NCBI GenBank assembly: GCA_040902005.1
Contig: JBBDYA010000135.1
Location: 1-56,236 of the forward strand
Direction of reading: 5' to 3'
Origin: Gemmatimonadaceae bacterium
Lineage (GTDB): Bacteria > Gemmatimonadota > Gemmatimonadetes > Gemmatimonadales > Gemmatimonadaceae
Length of the DNA: 56,236 nt
A model generated the notes under the pieces. That model ran no database searches and was not told where the DNA came from. It saw nothing but the letters and a program-made list of their open reading frames with translations. Made by a program: the position numbers and the translations under genes. The number at the start of each line of letters is the position of its first letter. The stretch's first letter is position 1. Positions 9,767 to 18,909 of the stretch are shown here, in pieces.

Positions 9767-11004
9767 CAGGTCTCCTGCCGCAGGGCTTCGATGGGATCCA
9801 GCATGGATGCGCGGCGCGCCGGGTACACGCCGGAGACGATGCCGACCACCGTGCCCAGGAGCGTGGCGGCCACCAGGGACCACGGCGCCACGGCCGCTGG
9901 CAGGGGCGTTTGCGCCTCGATGGCCTTGGCCAGCGCCAGGCCCAGCGCGATGCCGATGATCGCGCCCAGCGTACTGAGCGTCGCGGCCTCCACCAGGAAC
10001 TGGCTGAGGATGTCCCGGCGTCGGGCGCCCAGCGATTTGCGAATGCCGATCTCGCGGGTGCGCTCGGCGACGGCGACGAGCATGATGTTCATGATCACCA
10101 TGCCGCCGACGACGAGGCCGATGGCGGGGAGCGCGGTGCCCGCGATCGTCATCACGCCCTTCATCCGGTCGAACGCCACGAGCGCGGACGCCGAGGTTTC
10201 CATGACGAAGTTGTCGCCCTCGGCCGGCCGCAGGCGGCGGTGGCCGCGCAGGACCTCACGCACCACTTCCATGGTCTCGGTCATGAGCAGCGGCGTGGCC
10301 GCCTGCACCATGAGGCCGTCGATGTCGCCGCGCGGATTCGTCACGCGGTGCAGGGGGGAGTTGAACGGCGCGATCGCCAGCTTGTCCATGGACAGCCCGA
10401 ACAGCGAGCCCTGCTTCTCGATGACGCCGATGATCGAGTACGGAATACCAGCGATGCGCAGCTCGCGCCCGATGGCACTGAGTCCCGGGAAGAAGTACTT
10501 CGCGACCTCGTCGCCGATCACCACCACGTTGCTGCCCAGGACCATCTCCTGCTGGGAAAAGGCGCGGCCGTCGCTGAGGTCGTAGCTCTTGATGGTGAAG
10601 TAGTCGCCTTCCACGGCATGCGCCTCGACCTGGCGTGGCCGGGCAAAGGGCGAGGACGCGAAGGCGTTGTTGGCGCTTTCGATGGCCCAGCGGGTGTCCG
10701 GGGGCAGGGACGCGGCCACGATGCGCACGTCGGACTGGTAGAAGCGGGGGCGCCGCACCCACGCGCGCCAGTCGGCCGACGTGCCCTCCGCGAACCAGGG
10801 GAACCGGCGCAGCGTGAACGTGTTGGCGCCCAGGAGCCGCCCGATGAAGTCCCGCTCCACGTAGACGCTCATGCCTTCGACGATGGACACGACCGCGATC
10901 AGGAACATCACGCCGATCGTGACGCCGAGCAGGGTGAAGAAGCTCTTCAGCTTCTGCACGCGAATCTGGGCGAGCGCGAGCCGGACGGACTCGAGAACGG
11001 ACAT
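9766..11004 (-). CDS. MacB/FtsX-family ABC transporter permease (type A, second pair)
   Basis: QKLKSFFTLLG, IMNIMLVAVAERTREIGIRKSLGA, LDPIEALRQE. Confidence 0.93.
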   Translation of the reverse strand: MSVLESVRLALAQIRVQKLKSFFTLLGVTIGVMFLIAVVSIVEGMSVYVERDFIGRLLGANTFTLRRFPWFAEGTSADWRAWVRRPRFYQSDVRIVAASLPPDTRWAIESANNAFASSPFARPRQVEAHAVEGDYFTIKSYDLSDGRAFSQQEMVLGSNVVVIGDEVAKYFFPGLSAIGRELRIAGIPYSIIGVIEKQGSLFGLSMDKLAIAPFNSPLHRVTNPRGDIDGLMVQAATPLLMTETMEVVREVLRGHRRLRPAEGDNFVMETSASALVAFDRMKGVMTIAGTALPAIGLVVGGMVIMNIMLVAVAERTREIGIRKSLGARRRDILSQFLVEAATLSTLGAIIGIALGLALAKAIEAQTPLPAAVAPWSLVAATLLGTVVGIVSGVYPARRASMLDPIEALRQET

Positions 11005-11055
11005 GGAGACCCTACTCCCCGTCGCGCGGGGCGGTTTCAGCAGGCAGGCAGGAGC

Positions 11056-12306
11056 TCATTCGTACCGCAGCGCCTCCACGGGATCGAGCCGCGACGCCTT
11101 GAGCGCCGGCAGCATGCCGAACACGATGCCCGCGAACGCACTGGCCAGCAATGCCGCCACGATGGCGGCCGGCGGCGTGGACGCATCGATCGGCGTCGTG
11201 GAGCGAATCAGCAGGGTGAAGCTCCAGCCCACGACCAGCCCGGCAATCGCGCCGACCAGGGTGAGCGTGGACGCCTCCACCAGGAACTGCCAGAGGATGG
11301 TACCGCGTGTGGCGCCCAGCGCCTTGCGCACGCCAATCTCTCGCGTGCGCTCGGTGACGCTGATCATCATGATGGCGACGACGCCTACGCCGCCCACGAG
11401 CAGGCCGATCGCCGAGAGCACGATCATCACCAGGAAGAACACCCCGACGATCCGATCGTAGAGCTCCATCAGTCGCTCGGGGGTCGAGACAAAGAAGTCA
11501 TTCTGCGCGGCCGGGCGCAGGTGCCTCGAGATCCGCATCGTGGCAATCACCTCGTCCATGACGAGGTCCCGGTTGGCGCCGTCCCGTGGTTTGACCGTGA
11601 GATCCAGCCAGCGGATCCCGACATTCAGCCGGCGCTGCGCCGTCGTCAGCGGCACCACGCCCTTGCCGCGATCGCCGCTGTCGAAGACGTTCGCGATGGG
11701 ACGGAACACGCCGATGACCGTGAACAGCCGGCCACTCAGGCGCACGTCCTTGCCCACGGCAACGCCGCCGAGGAAGAGCTTCTCGACGACCTTCTCGTTG
11801 ATGATCACCACGGGCGCGGCGGTTTCATACTCCATCTGCGTGAAGTTGCGCCCGTCGATGATGTCGCCGCCCTGGACGTCGAGCCATCCCGCGGTGAATC
11901 CATCGATCGTGATGGATGGCAGCTCGCGGTCCTCGTACTTGATGGGGGATGAACTCCCTATGTGCGCCGTCACGCCTCGCACGTCCGGAATCGCCTCGAT
12001 TTCGCGCGCCTGATCCAGCGTGAGCGGCGGATTCCGGATCCAGGGGCAACTGGCGGCGCCACCCGCGCAGACGTTGATGTCCGCCGGCCACTTGGTGATG
12101 AAGAACGTCGTGGGGCCGGCAGCGGCCATGCTCTTGGCGACGCCCGCGTTGATGCCATGCACCGCCGCCGACATGACCGTGACCACCAGCACGCCGACCG
12201 CGATGCCGAGAATGGTGAGGCCGGCGCGCGCCTTGTTGGATCGGATCGCGTCGAGCGCGATGAACACGCCTTCCATCAGGTTGGTGAGCCAGGTGCGGAA
12301 ATTCAT
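11056..12306 (-). CDS. MacB/FtsX-family ABC transporter permease (type B, first pair)
   Basis: NKARAGLTILG, ERTREIGVRKALGA, LDPVEALRYE. Confidence 0.93.
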   Translation of the reverse strand: MNFRTWLTNLMEGVFIALDAIRSNKARAGLTILGIAVGVLVVTVMSAAVHGINAGVAKSMAAAGPTTFFITKWPADINVCAGGAASCPWIRNPPLTLDQAREIEAIPDVRGVTAHIGSSSPIKYEDRELPSITIDGFTAGWLDVQGGDIIDGRNFTQMEYETAAPVVIINEKVVEKLFLGGVAVGKDVRLSGRLFTVIGVFRPIANVFDSGDRGKGVVPLTTAQRRLNVGIRWLDLTVKPRDGANRDLVMDEVIATMRISRHLRPAAQNDFFVSTPERLMELYDRIVGVFFLVMIVLSAIGLLVGGVGVVAIMMISVTERTREIGVRKALGATRGTILWQFLVEASTLTLVGAIAGLVVGWSFTLLIRSTTPIDASTPPAAIVAALLASAFAGIVFGMLPALKASRLDPVEALRYE

Positions 12307-12310
12307 CCGC

Positions 12311-13549
12311 TCACTCCTGCCGCATGGCGTAGATGGGATCCAGACGCGACGCGCGACTGGCCGGATACGCGCCCGCGACGATTCCCACGCCGGCGCCGAT
12401 CACCACCGCCGCGATCACGGACCAGAGCGCGACCGTGGCGGGCAGGGGCGACACCGCGGCGATGCCCTGCGAGAGCGCGACGCCGAGCCCGACGCCTATC
12501 GCGGCGCCCACCATGCTGAGTGTGGCGGCCTCCACGAGGAACTGCGCGAGAATATCGCGGCGGCGCGCGCCCAGCGATTTCCGGATGCCGATCTCGCGGG
12601 TGCGCTCGGCGACGGCGACGAGCATGATGTTCATGATCACGATCGCGCCCACGACGAGGCCGATCGCGGGGAGGAAGATGCCGGCCAGCACGAGAAACTG
12701 CCTGATGGACTGCCACGTTTTCAGCGCCGACTCCGACGTCTCGAACGAGAAATCGTCGCCCTGCGCGGGGCGCAGTCCGTGCCGCCTGCGCATCACTTCG
12801 CGCACGATCTCCTGCGAGTTCGCGAGCTCCGCGGCCGTCGGCGCCTGAACCACCACGCCGTAGAGATTCGCGCGCCCCGTGATCGTGGCCATGTGCGACT
12901 CGTATGGCGCAATCACCTGCCGGTCCAGATTCAGTCCGAAGACGGACCCCTGCTTCTCCAGCACTCCGATCACCGTGAACGGGAAGCCCCTGATGCGCAG
13001 TTCGCGCCCGACCGGGTCGAGGCTGGGAAAGAAGTGGCTGGCGACGTCCGCGCCGATGACGAGCACGGGAGCGCTCATCGTGTTGTCCACCTCGGTGAAC
13101 GCCCGCCCGCGCTCGATGACCAGGTCCTTGATGTTGAAGTAGTGCGGCGTCACCGCGTGCGCCATCATCTGCGGGCCACCGCTCCGGAACTCCGACGATC
13201 CGTAGGCCCAGGTGACGTCGTGCATGGCCCACGTCGCCTCGGGCGGCAGGGCGTCCCGAACCGCCTCCGCATCCGCGCGCAGCAAACGCGGGCGCCGCTG
13301 CCACGCGCGCCATTCCGCCTCCGTGACGTCGGTGTTGAAGTCGGGATAGCGCCGCAGGTTGAACGTGTTCACGCCCAGGAACTTCGCGGCGAAATCCTGC
13401 TCGACGTACTTGCCCATCCCTTCCACGATCGAGACGACCGCGATGAGGAACATCACGCTGATCATCACGCCCAGCAGGGTGAAGAAGCTCTTCAGCTTCT
13501 GCACCCGGAGCTGGCTCAGCGCCAGTCGAACTGCTTCGTAGAGAGGCAT
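12311..13549 (-). CDS. MacB/FtsX-family ABC transporter permease (type A, first pair)
   Basis: QKLKSFFTLLG, AERTREIGIRKSLGA, LDPIYAMRQE. Confidence 0.93.
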   Translation of the reverse strand: MPLYEAVRLALSQLRVQKLKSFFTLLGVMISVMFLIAVVSIVEGMGKYVEQDFAAKFLGVNTFNLRRYPDFNTDVTEAEWRAWQRRPRLLRADAEAVRDALPPEATWAMHDVTWAYGSSEFRSGGPQMMAHAVTPHYFNIKDLVIERGRAFTEVDNTMSAPVLVIGADVASHFFPSLDPVGRELRIRGFPFTVIGVLEKQGSVFGLNLDRQVIAPYESHMATITGRANLYGVVVQAPTAAELANSQEIVREVMRRRHGLRPAQGDDFSFETSESALKTWQSIRQFLVLAGIFLPAIGLVVGAIVIMNIMLVAVAERTREIGIRKSLGARRRDILAQFLVEAATLSMVGAAIGVGLGVALSQGIAAVSPLPATVALWSVIAAVVIGAGVGIVAGAYPASRASRLDPIYAMRQE

Positions 13550-13554
13550 GCGTG

Positions 13555-13613
13555 TGTCATCCGGAAGGGTCTGCGCGCCACCCCGCAGATCCCTCGCTGC
13601 GCTCGGGACGACA
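13555..13613. repeat. Degenerate GTCATCC-type REP-like palindrome
   Basis: TGTCATCC...GGGACGACA ends, inner AGGGTCTGCG/CGCAGATCCCT stem and TCGCTGCGCTC motif. Lies within the operon. Confidence 0.65.
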
Positions 13614-13635
13614 GTCCACTTTCTTCAGAACTTCC

Positions 13636-14439
13636 CTAGAGGCCGACCTTCGCCGCGAATGCAGCCCGACGATCGTCGGAGTGGATCACGCCGTCCCGCA
13701 GGACCACCACGCGTCGCGCGTGCGCCGCGATGTCGGCCTCGTGCGTCACCATGATGACCGTCTGCCCCTGGTCTGACAGCCCCTCGAACACCCGCATGAT
13801 CTCCTCCGAGGTCTGCGAATCGAGGTTCCCGGTAGGCTCGTCCGCCAGCAGGATGGAGGGACGGTTCACCAGGGCGCGGGCGATCGCCACGCGCTGCCGC
13901 TGGCCGCCGGACAGCTCGTTCGGCCGGTGGTCCATGCGGTCACCCAGCTGCACGCGGTCCAGCGCCTCGCGCGCGCGCTTGCGCCGTTCGTCCGCGCCGA
14001 TCCCGGCATACACCAGCGGGAGCTCCACGTTGTGCAGCGCGGTGGCCCGGGGCAGCAGGTTGAACGTCTGGAACACGAACCCGATCTCCTTGTTCCGGAT
14101 TCGCGCGAGCTGATCGTCGGTCATGGAGGAGACCAGCGTGCCGTTCAGCCAGTATTCCCCCGCGTTCGGCGTGTCCAGGCAGCCCACGATGTTCATGAGC
14201 GTGGACTTGCCCGAACCGGAGGGGCCCATGATGGCCACGTACTCGTTGCGGCCGATGGCGAGGTCCACGCCGCGCAGCGCGCGGACGACTTCGCCGCCCA
14301 TGTCGTACTCGCGCGTGAGGGCGCGCGTGACGATGATCCACTTGGGATCCGGGGAGGTTCCCGCCAGTCCCACGACCACCTGCCGTTCCGCCGTGGTGTG
14401 CATCGGGACCTCGATGGTGCCCTGCGTGTCCTGGCTCAC
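13636..14439 (-). CDS. ABC transporter ATP-binding protein (MacB/LolD-like NBD)
   Basis: Walker [41 protein letters not shown]. Confidence 0.96.
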   Translation of the reverse strand: MSQDTQGTIEVPMHTTAERQVVVGLAGTSPDPKWIIVTRALTREYDMGGEVVRALRGVDLAIGRNEYVAIMGPSGSGKSTLMNIVGCLDTPNAGEYWLNGTLVSSMTDDQLARIRNKEIGFVFQTFNLLPRATALHNVELPLVYAGIGADERRKRAREALDRVQLGDRMDHRPNELSGGQRQRVAIARALVNRPSILLADEPTGNLDSQTSEEIMRVFEGLSDQGQTVIMVTHEADIAAHARRVVVLRDGVIHSDDRRAAFAAKVGL

Positions 14440-15728
14440 GTGCGCGCGACCTTTGTCTTGGTGGCTGTCTTCGTGGAATCCGGCGTGGAGGACTTCACGA
14501 GCGTGCCGTCCTTGAGTCCGCGAATCGCCTGGTAGGTGCCGGCCACGATCTTGTCGCCCTCCTGAAGCCCGGTCAGGACCTCGAAGTGCTTCTCGCCGGC
14601 GATCCCTACTTTTACGGGCCGGAAGGTCACTTTGTTGTCTTCGCCCACCACGAACACACCCTCCACGTCCTTGCGGCCCACCTCGGTCGTGGGACGCGGG
14701 CGGCCCAGGCCAATGGCGGTGTCGCCTCTGGACAACTCCTCGTTCTCGCGCACCGTGAGCGCGATGATCGGGATGGACAGCACCGTCGTGCGCATGTCCG
14801 TGATGACCTTGGCCGTGGCCGAGAAGTCCGGCCGTGTGTGCTCCGGCGCGTTCACGAGCTGAATGGTGACCTCGTAGTCCACAGCCTGATCGGCGCTCTG
14901 CGCGGAGGCGCTGCGAATCGCGCTGTTGGAGATGCGGGTCACGCGTCCCACGAAGGTGGTGTCGGGAAAGGCGTCGATCTGGACATGCGCGGAATCGCCG
15001 ACCTTGATCCGCGCGACGTCGGTTTCGTCCACGCGCACCTTGGTCTCCAGCACCGACATGTCACTGATCGTGAGCAGCGTGGCCGCGTCGCGGTTCAGCG
15101 TGCCCATGATGGCCGTTTCCCCGGATTCCACGTTCAGCCGGGTCACGCGGCCGGCCATGGGGGCGAAAATGGTGGTCTTGCCGAGCGCCGAGCGCGCGTC
15201 GCGAAGCGCCGCCGCGGACTGATCGACGGAGTGTCCGGACGCCTCGACGAGCGCCTGGTTCACGTCCACGGACGTCTTCAGCTGCTCCAGCTGTTCGGCG
15301 CTCACGAGCTGCGCGTTGGCCTCCTGCATCGCCAGCGTCCGCGCGTAGCTCCGTTCCGACTGGAGCAGGTTGGCGCGCGCCTGTGCCGCCTGCGCGCGGG
15401 CCGCCGCCATCGACGCCACGGCGCGCGACACGGCCGCCTCCGCCTGATCGGGATCGATCTGCAGCAGGAACTGACCCTTGCTCACCATCTGGCCTTCCTC
15501 GACGGCGAGACGGGTGATCTTGCCAGAGATGTCGGCCGAAAGGTCCACCTTCATCTGCGGCTGCACCTGGCCGCTCGCGGTCACCGACGACACGAGGTCG
15601 CGCTTCTCCACGGCCTCGATGCGCACGTCGGTCGCCTTGTTGCTGCTCTTCTTCGCACCAACGACGACCACCAGCAGGACGACCGCGCCGATGACACCTG
15701 CGACCGACCACTTCACCTTTTTGGTCAT
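14436..15728 (-). CDS. Efflux periplasmic adaptor subunit (MacA/HlyD family)
   Basis: N-terminal [30 protein letters not shown], coiled hairpin, [24 protein letters not shown]. Confidence 0.93.
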   Translation of the reverse strand: MTKKVKWSVAGVIGAVVLLVVVVGAKKSSNKATDVRIEAVEKRDLVSSVTASGQVQPQMKVDLSADISGKITRLAVEEGQMVSKGQFLLQIDPDQAEAAVSRAVASMAAARAQAAQARANLLQSERSYARTLAMQEANAQLVSAEQLEQLKTSVDVNQALVEASGHSVDQSAAALRDARSALGKTTIFAPMAGRVTRLNVESGETAIMGTLNRDAATLLTISDMSVLETKVRVDETDVARIKVGDSAHVQIDAFPDTTFVGRVTRISNSAIRSASAQSADQAVDYEVTIQLVNAPEHTRPDFSATAKVITDMRTTVLSIPIIALTVRENEELSRGDTAIGLGRPRPTTEVGRKDVEGVFVVGEDNKVTFRPVKVGIAGEKHFEVLTGLQEGDKIVAGTYQAIRGLKDGTLVKSSTPDSTKTATKTKVART

Positions 15729-15745
15729 TTCTAGAGTTCCTCGGT

Positions 15746-17209
15746 CTAGCGGAGGGGACGCCCCACCGCGGTTTCGAGCGCGGCGAAGGATCTGTGGTAA
15801 TCATAAATGGAGTTCAGCCGGTCGATCTGTGCCCGCTCGAAATCGCTGCGGCTCGACGTGACTTCGAGAAAGGTGGCCGCCCCCACGCGGTACCGCTCTT
15901 CGGCGAACGTCAGCTGTTCGCGGGCGGCCGCGGCGTTGATGTCCTGCAGTTCGACCGTCCGTATGGCGGTCTGGAGGTTGAGATACGCCTGCGTGACGTC
16001 CGCGGTGACCTGCAGCTCGCGGCCGCGGACCGTGAACCGCGCGTCGTCGCGCCGGATCATCGCTTCCTGAAGCTGCTGCTCACGGTTCAGGTTGTTGAAG
16101 ATCGGCATGGACAGCGTGGCGCTGAACGATCGTGGCGCCTTCGTGAAGCTGAAGGGGAACTTGTCGTTCTGCGCGCGGATCCCGTCGATCTGCGCCTGCG
16201 TCAGCGGAGCGAAGATGGTACCGCAGGCAAGCCCGGACAGTCCCGCGCCCGTCCGCAGCGAATCCATCGTGCTGCACTCGGCGAAGCCCGCCAACTGGCT
16301 GGCCTCCGCCCGCAGCACGGGAAACTCGCTGTCGGTGAAGGCACTGGTGTTGCCACCCCATCCGGTGGAGAGGCTCAGCGTGGGCATGTACCGGCCCTGC
16401 GCGGAGCGCACGCCCAGTCCGGCGGAGCGTTCGCGTGACCTGAGCGCCAGCAGCCCCGGGTTCCGCTCCTTCGCCAGGTCGAGCAAGCTGTCCAGCTGGA
16501 ACGTGACGGGAACGATCGGGAATCGGGTGGTCAGCTCCACCGACGTTGGCTGCGTGACACCGAGCTGCTGGAACAGCCGCAGCATCTCGACCCTCGCCGA
16601 GTTCTTTGCCTGGAGCGCGGCAATCTCGGCGCGCCCGAGCGCGACTTCCGCCGTGCGCACCTCGAGGATCGTCGCGGCACCCACGGACTGTCTGGCCTTG
16701 GCGAGGTCGAGCTGTCCCCGCGCCGTCAGGACCAGGGTGTCCTCCAGGTCGGCGCGCGCATGGGACTGGAGCACCAGCAGGTACTGCTGGGTGACGCCGG
16801 AACGCAACTGCTCCGCCGCTCCCGTCACGTCCGCTTCGGCCGCGTCGCGGTTGGCCGCCACCAGACGCGGGCCGAAGAGCACGTCGCTGTTGATGGAGTA
16901 GTTCACGCCGATCCCGTACGACGACTGGACGACGTTCGAATTGTTCCCAAGCGCCACGCCCTGGACGAACTGCTGGCCGGCGTCCTGGTATCGGCCGGAC
17001 AAGTTGGCGTTGACGGACGGCAGGAGCGACGCGTATGCCGTACGCACCTGCGCGTCGGCCGACCGTCGCATGTTCACCGTCGCCTGGAAGTTCGGGTTGT
17101 TCCGTCGCGCCAGGGAAATGGCCTCGTCGAGGGTCAGGGCACTGGGCGACTGCGCGACGGCGACCTGAGCGAGGAGCGTAGCTGCTGCTAGAGGGAGGAC
17201 AAAACGCAT
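15746..17209 (-). CDS. TolC-family outer-membrane efflux protein
   Basis: Signal peptide, LTLDEAISLARRNNP, two OEP repeats, ERYRVGAATFLEV, LETAVG C-terminus. Confidence 0.92.
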   Translation of the reverse strand: MRFVLPLAAATLLAQVAVAQSPSALTLDEAISLARRNNPNFQATVNMRRSADAQVRTAYASLLPSVNANLSGRYQDAGQQFVQGVALGNNSNVVQSSYGIGVNYSINSDVLFGPRLVAANRDAAEADVTGAAEQLRSGVTQQYLLVLQSHARADLEDTLVLTARGQLDLAKARQSVGAATILEVRTAEVALGRAEIAALQAKNSARVEMLRLFQQLGVTQPTSVELTTRFPIVPVTFQLDSLLDLAKERNPGLLALRSRERSAGLGVRSAQGRYMPTLSLSTGWGGNTSAFTDSEFPVLRAEASQLAGFAECSTMDSLRTGAGLSGLACGTIFAPLTQAQIDGIRAQNDKFPFSFTKAPRSFSATLSMPIFNNLNREQQLQEAMIRRDDARFTVRGRELQVTADVTQAYLNLQTAIRTVELQDINAAAAREQLTFAEERYRVGAATFLEVTSSRSDFERAQIDRLNSIYDYHRSFAALETAVGRPLR

Positions 17210-17394
17210 TATCGGAAGGATCCTGTCGGGAGGGTCTAACTGGTGTACGCAGAGGGTGTTGCCAGTGTTTCAACGAATTGTCGGCCGCGCCTTTGGCGCC
17301 AGCAGGTTCTGGGCGGGTACGCCCGCCCTGTTGGCTTACCGGCGTGCGAAGCACGCCGCCGAGAACCTACCCGCCGCGAAGCGGCGGCCGAGAA

Positions 17395-18105
17395 CTAATT
17401 CCGTGGCGGATCGTCCCGGAGGGCAACGAGCCCCCTGTCCGGGATGGACACCTTGAGGAGGCGACCGGCGGCGTCGAGCCAGACTTCGCGGACGTCGCCC
17501 GCGGGCCCCTGGAGCGCGAATCGCCGACCGGTGATCCTAAGCCCGGCGATCTCCACCGCCTGCGTGCCCCGTGGCTCGACACGGAATCTCTCCGGCTGCG
17601 GGTTTCCCGGCGTGACCACGACAAACTCCGCATGCTGGCCGGCGATGGCCACGAAGTACAGCTGATGAAACACGTCGTCGTCGAGCAGCAGCGCGCCGTT
17701 GGACAGCACAAATTCGCGGGCTGCCTCGCCGCTGCGGGTCTGCACGAGTACGCTGAACCGGCCGGGGCGCCCACGCCCCTTGGTCTGCTCCGTGATGGCC
17801 CCGCGCTCGCGCAGCATCGACTCGTATGTGACCGGCACGCCCGCCGAGTCCGTTCCCAGGGCCGTGGTCAGCGTGCGATCTCCGATCGCGCTGGTGCCTT
17901 TTGCCAGGAACACTTGTCCGCCGGGCGCCGGCGACCGAACGATGCTGAATGCCTCGCGCCCGATGGGACTGCCGTTGCGGCTCACCTGGAAGGTGCCCTC
18001 ATCCACGAGGGCGCTGGCCTGCGCGAGCGCGGCGCCCGGCGCCAGCGACAGCGTGGCCACGAGGCAGCGTACAGACCGGCGAATGGACCAGCGGGGGAAG
18101 GGCAT
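17395..18105 (-). CDS. Hypothetical secreted beta-rich protein
   Basis: Signal-like N-terminus ending AALAQ, then DEGTF..GREAFSI and VWLDAAGRLLKV. Start placed at ATG 18105, downstream of a TAGTCT -10-like box. Confidence 0.65.
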   Translation of the reverse strand: MPFPRWSIRRSVRCLVATLSLAPGAALAQASALVDEGTFQVSRNGSPIGREAFSIVRSPAPGGQVFLAKGTSAIGDRTLTTALGTDSAGVPVTYESMLRERGAITEQTKGRGRPGRFSVLVQTRSGEAAREFVLSNGALLLDDDVFHQLYFVAIAGQHAEFVVVTPGNPQPERFRVEPRGTQAVEIAGLRITGRRFALQGPAGDVREVWLDAAGRLLKVSIPDRGLVALRDDPPRN

Positions 18106-18150
18106 GCAGTAGAAGACTACACCGGTGCGCCGCACAGGTTGCGGCCGCGT

Positions 18151-18891
18151 TTACGATTCCAGCGGGACACTGAGGAAAATCCGCTCACGAACGCGACTGT
18201 GGATGCGCTCATAGAGCATCTTTCCCTTCTCGCGGGTCGCCAGCGTGGGTCGGCCGATCGATCCGGCACTCGACTGTGGGATTTTCAGCCACCCCCGCCG
18301 GTAACGTCGCACCTCCTCTCGCGACATCATATAATCCACCGCGAGGTCTGGCTGGACGAGTTCGGGGGCGAGGTGCAGCAGCAGCGAGGTATCCATCTCG
18401 TCGCCGTGCATGGGATCCGTCTGGCCCTCCAGCAGGTCGCTGAAGTTCATGGCGAAGATGTCCACCACGCGGAGCCGCGCGCCGGAGGTGATGACGGTGG
18501 CGAGCGCTTCCAGATGCGGGTCGTGCTCGTGCGCGGTCAGGAGAATGAATTCCCGGATGCCGGTCGCTTCCCAGGTATCGAGCAGGTCGTTGAGCATGCG
18601 GTGTAGCGTCTTGCGACGCATGGAGGCGTTGCCGGGCCAGTCGCGCTCGCTCTCGACGTTCACGCCGTACTCGACCGTGGGGGCGCGCAGCACGCCAAAC
18701 TCCGCGGAGAGTTCGTCGGCGAGCCGTTCCACGATGATGGTGTCGCATCCCAGCGGCATGTGCGGCCCGTGCTGCTCGCACGTGCCCACGGGCACGATGA
18801 GTCGCGGGTCGGCATCAATGGTTGCCGCGATGTCTCCCGGCCGCATTTCCTTGATGCGCCGCGGGCGCGGGTCAGGTCCAGGCTGAGTCAT
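18151..18891 (-). CDS. Creatininase-family amidohydrolase
   Basis: IVPVGTCEQHGPHMPLGCD, HGDEMDTS, GSIGRPTLATREKG. Confidence 0.9.
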   Translation of the reverse strand: MTQPGPDPRPRRIKEMRPGDIAATIDADPRLIVPVGTCEQHGPHMPLGCDTIIVERLADELSAEFGVLRAPTVEYGVNVESERDWPGNASMRRKTLHRMLNDLLDTWEATGIREFILLTAHEHDPHLEALATVITSGARLRVVDIFAMNFSDLLEGQTDPMHGDEMDTSLLLHLAPELVQPDLAVDYMMSREEVRRYRRGWLKIPQSSAGSIGRPTLATREKGKMLYERIHSRVRERIFLSVPLES

Positions 18892-18909
18892 TTGTCCGCG
18901 GGAAACGGC

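Noticed and set aside
18151..18891. Mycofactocin/RiPP peptidase MftE
   Set aside because: No precursor peptide or radical-SAM maturase lies nearby, so a generic creatininase-family call is used.
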